In this document: positions 17,844 through 26,495 of the stretch, piece by piece
How positions within the stretch are numbered: the first letter of the stretch is position 1
Layout of the letters: each line of letters begins with the position of its first letter
DNA from: a virus
Taxonomy: Duplodnaviria; Caudoviricetes
Virus record (IMG/VR): IMGVR_UViG_3300037470_000544
Coordinates: 1-44,246 of that record
Direction: 5' to 3' (one strand)
DNA length: 44,246 nt
Translations under genes and position numbers: made by a program
Notes under the pieces: model-generated
The model's database searches: none
What the model was told of the DNA's origin: nothing
What the model saw: only the letters and a program-made list of their open reading frames with translations

Positions 17844-20293
17844 CAATAATCATCCCAGCTGTATTTGCTGGTGCCGGTCCGGGAAACCATACGACCCTGT
17901 GGCGTGGCCACGGCGGTGTCCTGCACCCCAAGGCTGGCCTTGTTCATGGATATATCACGTAACCAGCGCATCGCTTCGTTGTAGCGCTTGTCGACTTCAT
18001 CGGTGGTCCGGTCATCCATTAGTTTGTAACGCACAATGTGATTGCAATACTCTGGTAAGGCACTCTCCCCGATTAGCGTGATGCTGAGGGGCAAGGTGTA
18101 TCGCGGGCTGATATACGAGTCGATGAGCCGCTCGGCGGAGGCGACCGCAGAAATCAGGCGATCGATCGCCGCGTTTGCGTCGGCAATGTCCTGCAATGAC
18201 CAGGCGGATAGATCATCGCGATTCAAGGCTGCAGACAAAAGATCACCGGTGATGTTGGCGTTTTCTGGCGCAGCCAGCAAAGCCATTTCGGTTTTACCGA
18301 AGGCGTTGAAAAGCTTAGCGGTCGTTGTGTACTTGAAGGTAAAGGGCTGCAATACATTGACGGAGGCCGACACCGTTGCGTCCTGCGCCTGAACGTTGCC
18401 GCCAACGGTCAGGTCGGCAGCGGCGGCTACTACAGCGACCGAGACCGGGTCGTTGACAGTGGTACCGGAAACGGTGGCGTCCTGTGCTTGCAGACTGCCG
18501 CCGACTGTAATGGGTGCGGCGACGGGAAACGCACCAAAGTCAGCACCCGCCAGGCCAGTGCCTGCGAAGTCGGGATTGCTAGAGGTGTAGCCGCCCTGGA
18601 TGTAGGCCCAATACTCTGTACTGCTCACGCCTGCGACCGGAGCGATTTCAGCGCCCGCATTATCCAGACCAACGCTAGCCAGCATGAGACGCCCAAGATC
18701 CGAAAGCGTTGCAGCGAAGCCGGCAAATGTCGCGCACCAGGTGAGAGCGTGCCGCGTCGGGTCGGCGAACTGGGCGTCGGTGTACAGGCGATCGTTGGCG
18801 CCGTAGTTGTCGATATGATCGGCGATGCCAGCGGCTACATAACCTGCACCGCCGAGGACCGGGTGCACCTCGTTGCCGGCATCCATATCGGCAACGCGAT
18901 AGGCGATGTAGTCGACGTTGTGCGCTGTCTGATTGACAGCAGCACCCCCGTAGTCATTTACCAGGTTGGGCTTGTAGGGCTGGCTGATAATCACATTATT
19001 GATATTGCCCAGCTCGGTCGCCGAAGAGTTGCCTGGCGACTCACCCATGATAATGCCGACGGCCGCATGTATGGTCCAACCATTGATGTTGACAGAACCG
19101 TTGATGTTCAGCGATGTATTGACGCCACCCGCGCCATGAATAGTGACCAGGTTGTTAATGGTCACCGGCATGTTGCAGATCGGTTGATCACCCACTTCCG
19201 ACAGTGACACCAGGCCCATCGCATCGATAACCATGTTATTAACGGTGTAGTTCGCCGAATCACCGCTGAACGTCGGTGCATGTACGCCCGCCGGCGCACC
19301 CTGGATGATCGCAATGTTGTCGATGTTCGGCACGCCCGAATTCGGTGTTGCGTTGGCGCCGGCGCCGATGGAACAATCATTTGTGGTCGATGTCCCGATC
19401 ACCATCATATTCTGGGCCGCGATCAAATCGTTACTGCCGAGGGTGTCATCGAAGTTGACTGTGCGTAGATTAGTTACATCAATAGGGCCGCCTACGTGGG
19501 TAAGGTCGAGCGTCATGTCGTTAGCGGCGTCGGCATCGTAAAAAAGCGCATTCGTCAGGCGCGGTACGGTAGTTGGGTTGCTGTGACCTTCGCGGATATT
19601 AAACGGCAGCTGATCCCGATTGGCGGTGTAGCCGGTGCCATTAAAAAAGCCGATGAAGATATCGTCCCAGTCAAATACTGCAGTCTGGTTAAGTCCCAGG
19701 CGTATATCGAGCTGGCCGCAATTGATGATTCGACCACCACCCTGATACGTCCAGCTGTCATTCGAGTTGAGGAAGAAAGCCGCCAGCGCAGGATTGGTTA
19801 CCCCATTGCCGTGACCCTCGGTGCGGCCACCGTTTGTCCAGTTTATATTCAATGTTGCCAGAGATGTGCTGGGATTGGCGAATAATATGCTGTGGGTAGA
19901 ACCCCGAACATTGCGGGATATTCTATCGCCGCCGAATGAATTCCATGTATTGGTGTGACCGAATGTTTGTGAGAAATTCGCTACGGCACATCCACTATTG
20001 GCGAATGTTGGCGAATTGATAATATCGTGCGCACCCTGATGCAGGGTCCCGTCTTCGAAATAGAACACCTCGCTTACTGCGTGCCCCTCTACCTGCCCGG
20101 TTAACGTAACTGATCCACCGTTTATATGTCCGGCGAAGTTCGTCACGTCATCGCCGAAAATACCGGCACATGACGTCAGGTTGAAGCCGTTAGTCTCGAA
20201 CGTGTCGCCGCCGGCCGGGTTCGGGCCTATGCCGCCCTGCCAATGGGCACCGTCTGTGATAGGGCCGTCAGCAATTAAGATACGATGCGCCAT
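17843..20293 (-). CDS. 816-aa fusion: ~650-aa Asn/Gly/Thr-rich domain plus C-terminal Mu gp36-like (DUF1320) head-tail adaptor
   Basis: Last ~160 aa have IDSYISPRYTLPL, CNHIVRYKL, RYNEAMRWLRDI...SLG; single open frame. Confidence 0.8.
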   Translation of the reverse strand: MAHRILIADGPITDGAHWQGGIGPNPAGGDTFETNGFNLTSCAGIFGDDVTNFAGHINGGSVTLTGQVEGHAVSEVFYFEDGTLHQGAHDIINSPTFANSGCAVANFSQTFGHTNTWNSFGGDRISRNVRGSTHSILFANPSTSLATLNINWTNGGRTEGHGNGVTNPALAAFFLNSNDSWTYQGGGRIINCGQLDIRLGLNQTAVFDWDDIFIGFFNGTGYTANRDQLPFNIREGHSNPTTVPRLTNALFYDADAANDMTLDLTHVGGPIDVTNLRTVNFDDTLGSNDLIAAQNMMVIGTSTTNDCSIGAGANATPNSGVPNIDNIAIIQGAPAGVHAPTFSGDSANYTVNNMVIDAMGLVSLSEVGDQPICNMPVTINNLVTIHGAGGVNTSLNINGSVNINGWTIHAAVGIIMGESPGNSSATELGNINNVIISQPYKPNLVNDYGGAAVNQTAHNVDYIAYRVADMDAGNEVHPVLGGAGYVAAGIADHIDNYGANDRLYTDAQFADPTRHALTWCATFAGFAATLSDLGRLMLASVGLDNAGAEIAPVAGVSSTEYWAYIQGGYTSSNPDFAGTGLAGADFGAFPVAAPITVGGSLQAQDATVSGTTVNDPVSVAVVAAAADLTVGGNVQAQDATVSASVNVLQPFTFKYTTTAKLFNAFGKTEMALLAAPENANITGDLLSAALNRDDLSAWSLQDIADANAAIDRLISAVASAERLIDSYISPRYTLPLSITLIGESALPEYCNHIVRYKLMDDRTTDEVDKRYNEAMRWLRDISMNKASLGVQDTAVATPQGRMVSRTGTSKYSWDDY

Positions 20294-20506
20294 TTAATAA
20301 CTCGCGTACACAGGTAAGTGGTCGACGCCACCACCGCCAGAGCTCACCCTAGCGTCCATTGCAAAATCGACCAGGTAGGCGAAGAAGCCTGTAAAGAACA
20401 CGCTGAACAGTTTGAATTCGCGGGCACCGTTATTACTACTAACCGGCCAGTCTTGGTGGCTGTTTTGTCGATCTCGGTGATATTGCTGAGTTGCGGCATG
20501 CCGCAC
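20294..20506 (-). CDS. Small hypothetical protein (GTG start uncertain)
   Basis: Fills the gap exactly; its TAA abuts the ATG of the 816-aa gene. Confidence 0.35.
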   Translation of the reverse strand: MRHAATQQYHRDRQNSHQDWPVSSNNGAREFKLFSVFFTGFFAYLVDFAMDARVSSGGGGVDHLPVYASY

Positions 20507-20507
20507 C

Positions 20508-20900
20508 TTACGCGGGAGCGGCATAGTTAAGGCCGGTACACTGCACGGTGTCGCTGGCATTAACGGTGGCGCTGCTGGCTTCGATGTCGCCGCCGCCTCC
20601 AACGCCGGTTACAGTGCCACGAAACACTTCACCGTTGTCGCGGTCCTGTATCTTGAACAATGCCAGAGTACCGCCGGTGGCGTTGGTGTCGTCGGCAATG
20701 GCATTGGAGTCAGCGCGGCCAGCTACGGCGGCGCCCGCGTCACCGTAGGCGGGGTTGGCCATTTCCAGTGTGGCGACCTCGACATCGCCTGCTGCCATGA
20801 GCACCAGATCGCCGTTGGCGTCGGCCACACCAGCATCTATGCGATCGACGACGGCATCGGCGGCGGCGTTGCGTACTGCTGTTACGTGCGTGATTGCCAT
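20508..20900 (-). CDS. Putative virion structural protein (beta-rich, 130 aa)
   Basis: Good RBS (GAGG), Ala/Gly/Thr-rich, located in head-completion cluster. Confidence 0.7.
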   Translation of the reverse strand: MAITHVTAVRNAAADAVVDRIDAGVADANGDLVLMAAGDVEVATLEMANPAYGDAGAAVAGRADSNAIADDTNATGGTLALFKIQDRDNGEVFRGTVTGVGGGGDIEASSATVNASDTVQCTGLNYAAPA

Positions 20901-20902
20901 GA

Positions 20903-21091
20903 TTAACCTCGTTTTACCTTGCCTTGATCCAGCCAGTCAGATACCAGCTGCGCAAGCTGTTCGTTTCCTTCACGCACCTGGTACCGCTGGCCCTCGATAT
21001 ACACGCTGCCATTTTCTTCGCACTCGAATGTCTCGGTGGGGAAAAAGTAGAACAGGACCGGTGCCTCGGGCTGGTTGATTTTGTTAGCCAT
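20903..21091 (-). CDS. Hypothetical protein
   Basis: Tightly coupled ORF in the late operon. Confidence 0.65.
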   Translation of the reverse strand: MANKINQPEAPVLFYFFPTETFECEENGSVYIEGQRYQVREGNEQLAQLVSDWLDQGKVKRG

Positions 21092-21440
21092 GGGTCGCCT
21101 TATGAACTTTGGCCCAGGCTACGTCACGCTCATCAACAGTAACAACCGAACCGGTGATCTTCGCGAGCTGTTTCAGGCTGGGTTTGCCCTCATCATCCCA
21201 GTGGCTTTTGGTATCCTTGTTGAGTGACAGGATAGCCTTCGCGATGGCATCTTCGCGATCCGCTTCGGACGCTGATGCATTTCGTTTGAAGTAACCGTCG
21301 ACGTCGGTGGCGGCACCGCTGTCGACCAGGTCGCGTGCGACCTGTTCGTCCTCGACGGTGAACTCGGTTTTGTTGCACACTTTACCGCCGGACTTGATCG
21401 GGCGTTCGGCGTACAACTTGATCTTGACTGTGTCGTTCAT
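21084..21440 (-). CDS. Mu gp35/HI1506-like protein
   Basis: C-terminal HW...GKP.LKQL.......VT..ERD.AW motif; directly after capsid. Confidence 0.7.
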   Translation of the reverse strand: MNDTVKIKLYAERPIKSGGKVCNKTEFTVEDEQVARDLVDSGAATDVDGYFKRNASASEADREDAIAKAILSLNKDTKSHWDDEGKPSLKQLAKITGSVVTVDERDVAWAKVHKATHG

Positions 21441-21515
21441 GGTGAACTCTCTTTTAATGAGTGGGTAAGGCCATCCGTGGCAGAGTTGTCCCTGATCGCT
21501 TCGCTCTGGTTATAC

Positions 21516-22448
21516 TTAAGGCGCTACCGCATCCTTGATGACGAACCCGGCGCTGATGCCCGTGTGGACGCCGACCCGCTCATGGGTGGTGCCGTAGATC
21601 CAGCTGCGTGCGTCGCGATCCCAGAACGGCACCTCGATCAGTGGATGGCCATCCATCTGATAGGTGTAGCCATAGCTGGGCTCTTCCATGCCGGTGAGCT
21701 GCTCGGGCACATAGGCCATAACCACATCGCGGCCCCACAGGTCGATGGACGTATCGTCGTCGTCGAACGCGATGGCCTGGCCGACCACCACTTTTTTAAT
21801 CTTGAACAGCCGGGCCAACAGCGCTTCATCGACAGAATCGGAGCTGGTGTACTTGATGCGATCCACAAATGCCGGGTGCTCTTCGAGTGCCGACATGACC
21901 TTGGCGGAAATCATGATCACATTCGGATACATACCGATACTGGAGCGAATCGCTTCGCGCCCGGCCTTCACGTCGGCAATGGGATTGGAGTTGGCGTAGT
22001 CGTTCCACTGATCGGTGCCGGCCAGCGTGACCTGGTGATTCGCATCGTAGTTAGCAACATCGGTGGCCAGAGTGGCATGCTGGTTTTCCAGCACTAATGA
22101 GCCGGACTTCAGCACCAGGTTGACTGCGCGAGTTGCCAGATCTATACCCGGCACGGCCCCGGCTTCGCGCTGATGCTCCCTCGGTACCACCGCATCCAGT
22201 GCGTGGTTTTCCACGGCATACGGCTTACCCAGGTGACCAAACTGCAGGCGCTTGGCCTTGGTGCCCGGCGCGCGGGCAGTGTTGTACAACCGGAAACCGG
22301 ATTTATCGAACTCGATGACCTTGCCACCGGCGACCTGTACAGGCACCACAGGAAACAGGTGCTGACCAATATGCTCCGGGTGGCGGTAGCCCAGGGCGAT
22401 GCGCGACAGTATGGGGTCGATGACGCGTTGTTCTGCTTGATTAGGCAT
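21516..22448 (-). CDS. Major capsid protein
   Basis: 310 aa, IDPILSRIALGY, LFPVVPV, WGRDVVMAYV, PSYGYTY; follows protease and cement gene; strong RBS. Confidence 0.88.
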   Translation of the reverse strand: MPNQAEQRVIDPILSRIALGYRHPEHIGQHLFPVVPVQVAGGKVIEFDKSGFRLYNTARAPGTKAKRLQFGHLGKPYAVENHALDAVVPREHQREAGAVPGIDLATRAVNLVLKSGSLVLENQHATLATDVANYDANHQVTLAGTDQWNDYANSNPIADVKAGREAIRSSIGMYPNVIMISAKVMSALEEHPAFVDRIKYTSSDSVDEALLARLFKIKKVVVGQAIAFDDDDTSIDLWGRDVVMAYVPEQLTGMEEPSYGYTYQMDGHPLIEVPFWDRDARSWIYGTTHERVGVHTGISAGFVIKDAVAP

Positions 22449-22506
22449 GGTTTAAATTCTCCTCAATGGGCGTATAACGCCGCTTTAATCGCGTTTTATA
22501 AACAGG

Positions 22507-22848
22507 TTACTTGGGTAAGATCATGACCTCGATCTTGTCGCCATCGGCGCCAGCGGCCTGCATGGCCTTGGCCACCACGATGCCGGTGGTGGCGGTGATC
22601 AGCTTGCCGGTCGCACCCACTTCCAGGCTGGCGTCATCGGCGACGGCGGCGCCCACCTCGGCGATGGTGGTACCCAGCACATCGACCGGCAGTTGGGCGC
22701 CTACGGCCTCGGCGTTCTCGGTTGCAAACCCGAAGGCCTTTAAACCGGCGCCGGCGTAGTTGCCGTCCTTGCCGATTGCACGGTATTCAGCAACGAGCGC
22801 AGCGGCGGCGACGGATAAGGTAAGTACTGGAATTTTTGTGGCAGGCAT
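22507..22848 (-). CDS. Capsid cement/decoration protein (DUF2190-like)
   Basis: Ala-rich 113 aa ending AMQAAGADGDKIEV; between protease and capsid. Confidence 0.78.
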   Translation of the reverse strand: MPATKIPVLTLSVAAAALVAEYRAIGKDGNYAGAGLKAFGFATENAEAVGAQLPVDVLGTTIAEVGAAVADDASLEVGATGKLITATTGIVVAKAMQAAGADGDKIEVMILPK

Positions 22849-22880
22849 GGCAATGGTCCCCTTGGCCGTGATCTACGGCG

Positions 22881-23405
22881 TTACTTGTTCTCGACGGCGA
22901 TTACGGCTTCAACGTAGTCGCAGTTGTTCTGGTTCATGTACTCGACCGCTTTGTTGTGCAGCTCGATGCGGTCGGGATCGACGATGGCGCCGGCGGGTGC
23001 GTTGAATTCAAACTGTCCCTTACCGTCCAGGTGTTCACCGGCACCGGTCTCGTTAAAGTCGAAGGCTTTTGGCAGGCCGTCCAGGAATCCCTTGAACCAG
23101 TCGGCAGGCGACTGTTTGGTGTCTTTCTGTTTGTCGCCTTCGCCGGTGCTGAATTCGAACTCGGTTTCATCGCCAGCAATAGCCAGCATGAACTCGACTG
23201 CTCCCTCGGCCATGGCCGGGGTCAGCTTGCCCGCATCCACCAGGCCGGTGATCTGGGCCTTGAACTCGGAGGTCAGCCGCTGGTTGCGCTCCTGGGTCAG
23301 CTGTGTTTTGTAGTCGTTGGCCTGACCACTGAATTCAGATTCGGCAGCCTGGCGGGCCTCATCGCGGATGGCCTGAATTTCTTCGTCGGTATAGGTTTTT
23401 GGCAC
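22881..23405 (-). CDS. Putative in-frame internal scaffold protein (Z-like)
   Basis: GGAG (23414-23417) 8 nt before in-frame GTG at 23405, at the start of the coiled-coil region. Confidence 0.5.
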   Translation of the reverse strand: MPKTYTDEEIQAIRDEARQAAESEFSGQANDYKTQLTQERNQRLTSEFKAQITGLVDAGKLTPAMAEGAVEFMLAIAGDETEFEFSTGEGDKQKDTKQSPADWFKGFLDGLPKAFDFNETGAGEHLDGKGQFEFNAPAGAIVDPDRIELHNKAVEYMNQNNCDYVEAVIAVENK

Positions 23406-24035
23406 GGCACTGTCTCCGTCAGGTTTATTAAAATGGGATGTGGGGCGCTCTAGCTGTTCACGCTGTTCTGCAGCCAGATCAGCAAGAGCTTCAAGGTCAT
23501 AATCGTTAACCACACGATCAGCTTCCTCCGCGCTGTACTTGTCGATAAGAAATTCACGCAGGCGGCGAAAGGTGCGGGTGATCACGCTGGTGGCGTAGGC
23601 TTCGGATACGAACTCGTAGCCATCGCTGTCTTCGGTGCTGAACTCGACCTGCTTCAGGCCATCGATGGCCGGTGGGGTTGCACCGAGCCAACCGACATGG
23701 GCCAACTGAAAGCCCTGGTCTGTTTTACGAAAACGGACGGAGCGATTGGGGAAGCGCTTCTCTTTCACCATGGCTTCGAACTGTGGCTCGACGTCCCTGA
23801 ACTTACCCAGCAGTAAATCACCGTCACGTTTTAGCTCAGACGACCAGGCATAAGCGGGCGCATCCGTTTTGGGGTGACCGATCACTGCGGGCGCGGGCAT
23901 ATGGTTGGCAACGACCTGGTCGAGTTCTTCGTGGGTCCAGATTTTAGTGCGACCCTGCGAATCGGTTTGCTCGCCTGCGCGGAACAGTTCGACAAAGTCG
24001 CCGAAACCCTTGAATTGATGATGTGTATTTGGCAT
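22881..24035 (-). CDS. Prohead protease/scaffold (Mu gpI/Z-like); probable start 24035
   Basis: APAVIGHP, PAYAW, FPNRSV, LAHVGWLGATPPAIDGL; coiled-coil C-terminal half. Confidence 0.88.
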   Translation of the reverse strand: MPNTHHQFKGFGDFVELFRAGEQTDSQGRTKIWTHEELDQVVANHMPAPAVIGHPKTDAPAYAWSSELKRDGDLLLGKFRDVEPQFEAMVKEKRFPNRSVRFRKTDQGFQLAHVGWLGATPPAIDGLKQVEFSTEDSDGYEFVSEAYATSVITRTFRRLREFLIDKYSAEEADRVVNDYDLEALADLAAEQREQLERPTSHFNKPDGDSAVPKTYTDEEIQAIRDEARQAAESEFSGQANDYKTQLTQERNQRLTSEFKAQITGLVDAGKLTPAMAEGAVEFMLAIAGDETEFEFSTGEGDKQKDTKQSPADWFKGFLDGLPKAFDFNETGAGEHLDGKGQFEFNAPAGAIVDPDRIELHNKAVEYMNQNNCDYVEAVIAVENK

Positions 24036-24094
24036 GGATGAGAGTGTGATCCATGCGGGCATAAAAAAAGAGGGGAGACATGTGTCTCCCCTCT
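24035..24094 (-). promoter_or_regulatory. Putative late promoter of head/tail arm (P_I-like): 26-bp palindrome, T-tract, CACACT -10
   Basis: AGAGGGGAGACA-CA-TGTCTCCCCTCT at 24069-24094 (minus strand), identical to 35558-35583, 34 bp from ATG. Confidence 0.72.
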
Positions 24095-24301
24095 TTACGG
24101 GTGATGGGGTGCTACTACATTACATCAGGTTTTGGGTGCTCGCAATGGAATATCTGCAAATGCACCCCCAGCCAGGTCATGCGACCCCCTTCAAAACCCA
24201 TTCAAAAACGCCTGAGTGCCGCGAATAGGGTCATCGCTGTAGCGGTGGGGCGCTCCAACACCTTAGAGGGGCTTACAGGGCCTGTGTGGGTTTGTCGATT
24301 T

Positions 24302-24787
24302 TCACGGTTTGTTGCTTTTTTCAGGTTCTACACTGCATGACAGGATAACCAGGTTACCGACCTGCATCGGTTCCACTGTAAACGTGACTTTATTAAGTGT
24401 TTGGGTTGCCTGAGTGAGTTTGGTGGTCGCCAACTGGACAGTATCCATTATGGCCGACCTTTCGGCCTCATTCTCCGGCGATAATCCGATGGTGCCAAGA
24501 GATAGACAACGCAACATAGTCAGTGCGGCCTGCTGGGAATCTGCAATGTTGGCAATAATGCCAGATGCATTGGCACCGACGGATAGCACCATACCCTTCA
24601 CATTACTTTTGGCCAACCATGCGTCCTTCGTATCGGCCTCTTCCCATCTTACCACTTCGAAGGTGTTTTTTTCATTATTGATTTTCTGCTTGATCGCAAT
24701 GGGATCATAGTCAGCCAGCGCACCGGCAGGGATAATGGTGCAGAGTGTGCAGATGCCGAAAACCAGATTTTTCATGTTCCTATCCAT
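24302..24787 (-). CDS. Exported hypothetical protein (accessory)
   Basis: Signal peptide ending GALA; co-oriented with the repressor. Confidence 0.7.
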   Translation of the reverse strand: MDRNMKNLVFGICTLCTIIPAGALADYDPIAIKQKINNEKNTFEVVRWEEADTKDAWLAKSNVKGMVLSVGANASGIIANIADSQQAALTMLRCLSLGTIGLSPENEAERSAIMDTVQLATTKLTQATQTLNKVTFTVEPMQVGNLVILSCSVEPEKSNKP

Positions 24788-24817
24788 GTTGGTTTTTATT
24801 TTAGGATAAACTGGTAA

Positions 24818-25009
24818 TCAGTCTTTGCCGTTGATATTTTTTTGCAGATCAACCACGACATCGGTAATTGCCGCTCCTGTAAGCAAGAGTGCAGACGTCA
24901 TAAAAATAATGCTGGCCTGTATTTCATGAAGAGCAGTTGTCGCTGCAGAAAATGTAAACGTGCTCCAGAACAGCGTCACAAGGGCGCATACAAATAGAAA
25001 GTATCTCAT
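24818..25009 (-). CDS. Small two-TM membrane protein
   Basis: Two hydrophobic segments, GAGGAG RBS. Confidence 0.65.
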   Translation of the reverse strand: MRYFLFVCALVTLFWSTFTFSAATTALHEIQASIIFMTSALLLTGAAITDVVVDLQKNINGKD

Positions 25010-25011
25010 TT

Positions 25012-25380
25012 TTAATTCTCCTCAATAGTAAAAACATTAACTGTCCACACATCAACCGGTAAACGATAATACGCGATGGTAGCATTAAGCCGACGTAAAA
25101 AACGGCTATCGTTTTCTCCCATGATCAGGACAATGCCTGCTCGCTTGTCGGACTCCATGGCATAGTACAGCGCCTGGCCCAGGGCCTCCGCATATTTCCT
25201 GGCATAATCGAATTCAATGGCATGCGTTTCGGTGAGGCAGTCTATGCGGGTCCGATCCGGTAGCCGCACCTCTATTTCCCCCTGGCAATATTCTACCTGG
25301 TAGTCACGCTCCAGGCCCGAGACCGCTGGTGATGTGAGCAGTGATGCCACGACCCCCGCATATTTAAACATGGCACGCAT
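25012..25380 (-). CDS. Signal-peptide-bearing PD-(D/E)XK-like protein
   Basis: E...RIDCLT..HAIEFD...AEALGQALYY pattern after a hydrophobic N-terminus. Confidence 0.6.
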   Translation of the reverse strand: MRAMFKYAGVVASLLTSPAVSGLERDYQVEYCQGEIEVRLPDRTRIDCLTETHAIEFDYARKYAEALGQALYYAMESDKRAGIVLIMGENDSRFLRRLNATIAYYRLPVDVWTVNVFTIEEN

Positions 25381-25515
25381 ACTGCGTCTCTCCCACCGAT
25401 TCTGATGAAATGTGGCAATTCAATGATTTATTCTGGGCAATCAGCTTTCTAATAAATCTTCGGCTATAGCCACTGTCGGATATTTATAAAACAATAAAGC
25501 TGTAAGGGTTTAAGC

Positions 25516-25668
25516 ATGACACAGGATATTCTATCTGCCGAACTTGCCATCATTGCCGCCTGGTCAAAACTGGCTCGCCTTGCCAGGGCTTATGATGATC
25601 GCGCCCGCTATCACTTTGCCTGCGCAATGGTCCGGCATCATCTTCGGAATATGGTTAGTCATTGCTGA
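25516..25668 (+). CDS. Possible 50-aa ORF convergent on the repressor
   Basis: MTQDILSAELAIIAAWSKLARLARAYDDRARYHFACAMVRHHLRNMVSHC; AAGGG upstream; overlaps repressor stop. Confidence 0.3.
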   Translation: MTQDILSAELAIIAAWSKLARLARAYDDRARYHFACAMVRHHLRNMVSHC

Positions 25669-26146
25669 CTGAGTTTTCGCCGGGAATTTTAACCCCAGCC
25701 ATCGCGTATGTGGTTTTTATCCAGGCCTTGAGGTCGTCACGGTTACAGCCCTCATGCAGGGCGTAGTCCGCTAATATTTGCACCTGGTCCCTGTTCAACC
25801 TAAGTCCCAGATCGTCGGCTGCGGACAACACCAGGAATATGGCGGCCACATAATCCTCACTGGTACGGTCGCCCAGCTCGATCTTCTTACCCTCTTCGTC
25901 AAACAGAGGGGTGATTGGCTTCGCCTTGACCCCAGTCACCACATACTGAACATCCACCCCGGCCCCGTAGGCCCTGCTCAAATAATCCGCATCCGGCATT
26001 CGGTCATCTTTCTCATATATCCCCTGAGTTTTGGGGGTCACACCCCCAATTTCTGCCATCTTTTTCTGGTTTATGCCCAGCCTTGCCCGTTCCTCCTTTA
26101 GCCGCGCCCCTATTGTTCTCATCATTTTTCCAGGAATAGTTGACAT
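25655..26146 (-). CDS. Prophage repressor, XRE-type HTH (start may be 26122-26146)
   Basis: IGARLKEERARLGINQKKMAEIGGVTPKTQGIYEKDDRMP; divergent from ner-like gene. Confidence 0.88.
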   Translation of the reverse strand: MSTIPGKMMRTIGARLKEERARLGINQKKMAEIGGVTPKTQGIYEKDDRMPDADYLSRAYGAGVDVQYVVTGVKAKPITPLFDEEGKKIELGDRTSEDYVAAIFLVLSAADDLGLRLNRDQVQILADYALHEGCNRDDLKAWIKTTYAMAGVKIPGENSVSND

Positions 26147-26195
26147 TCGGTTATCTCTGGAATATAAAGATAACCGAACGGTTAATTAATTAACC
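26140..26195 (+). promoter_or_regulatory. Early promoter with overlapping operator-like inverted repeats
   Basis: TTGACA 26140-26145, 17 bp, TATAAA 26163-26168; IR TTCGGTTATCT/AGATAACCGAA 26146-26178; palindrome GGTTAATTAATTAACC 26180-26195. Confidence 0.75.
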
Positions 26196-26231
26196 CCTAA
26201 TGAACCAATAATTCTACTATCGGGGTACTTT

Positions 26232-26462
26232 ATGCACTATGCCGACATTATAGCGGCCTTACACAAAGCCGGGTATCCACCCGCGCGGGTGGCGGATGAG
26301 CTGGGAGTCAGCCGAGCCCTCGTCAGCCAGGTAATTCATAGCTCCGGCACCTCCTACAACGTGGCGTCCTTCATTGCTTCCGTCACCAGCCTGCCCCTTA
26401 CACGGCTCTGGCCAGATGGCCGCTATAGCGAGCCCCCAAGGCGCGTTCGGGAGGTCGCATGA
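26232..26462 (+). CDS. ner: Ner-like HTH early regulator
   Basis: ADIIAALHKAG...IA.......LWP.RY pattern; first early gene. Confidence 0.8.
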   Translation: MHYADIIAALHKAGYPPARVADELGVSRALVSQVIHSSGTSYNVASFIASVTSLPLTRLWPDGRYSEPPRRVREVA

Positions 26463-26495
26463 TCATCATCCTATCGGCGACTGGAGCCAAAATCA

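Noticed and set aside
8123-20293. Tail fibre and 816-aa protein both begin MAHRI
   Set aside because: Similarity stops after five residues and codons differ; likely chance
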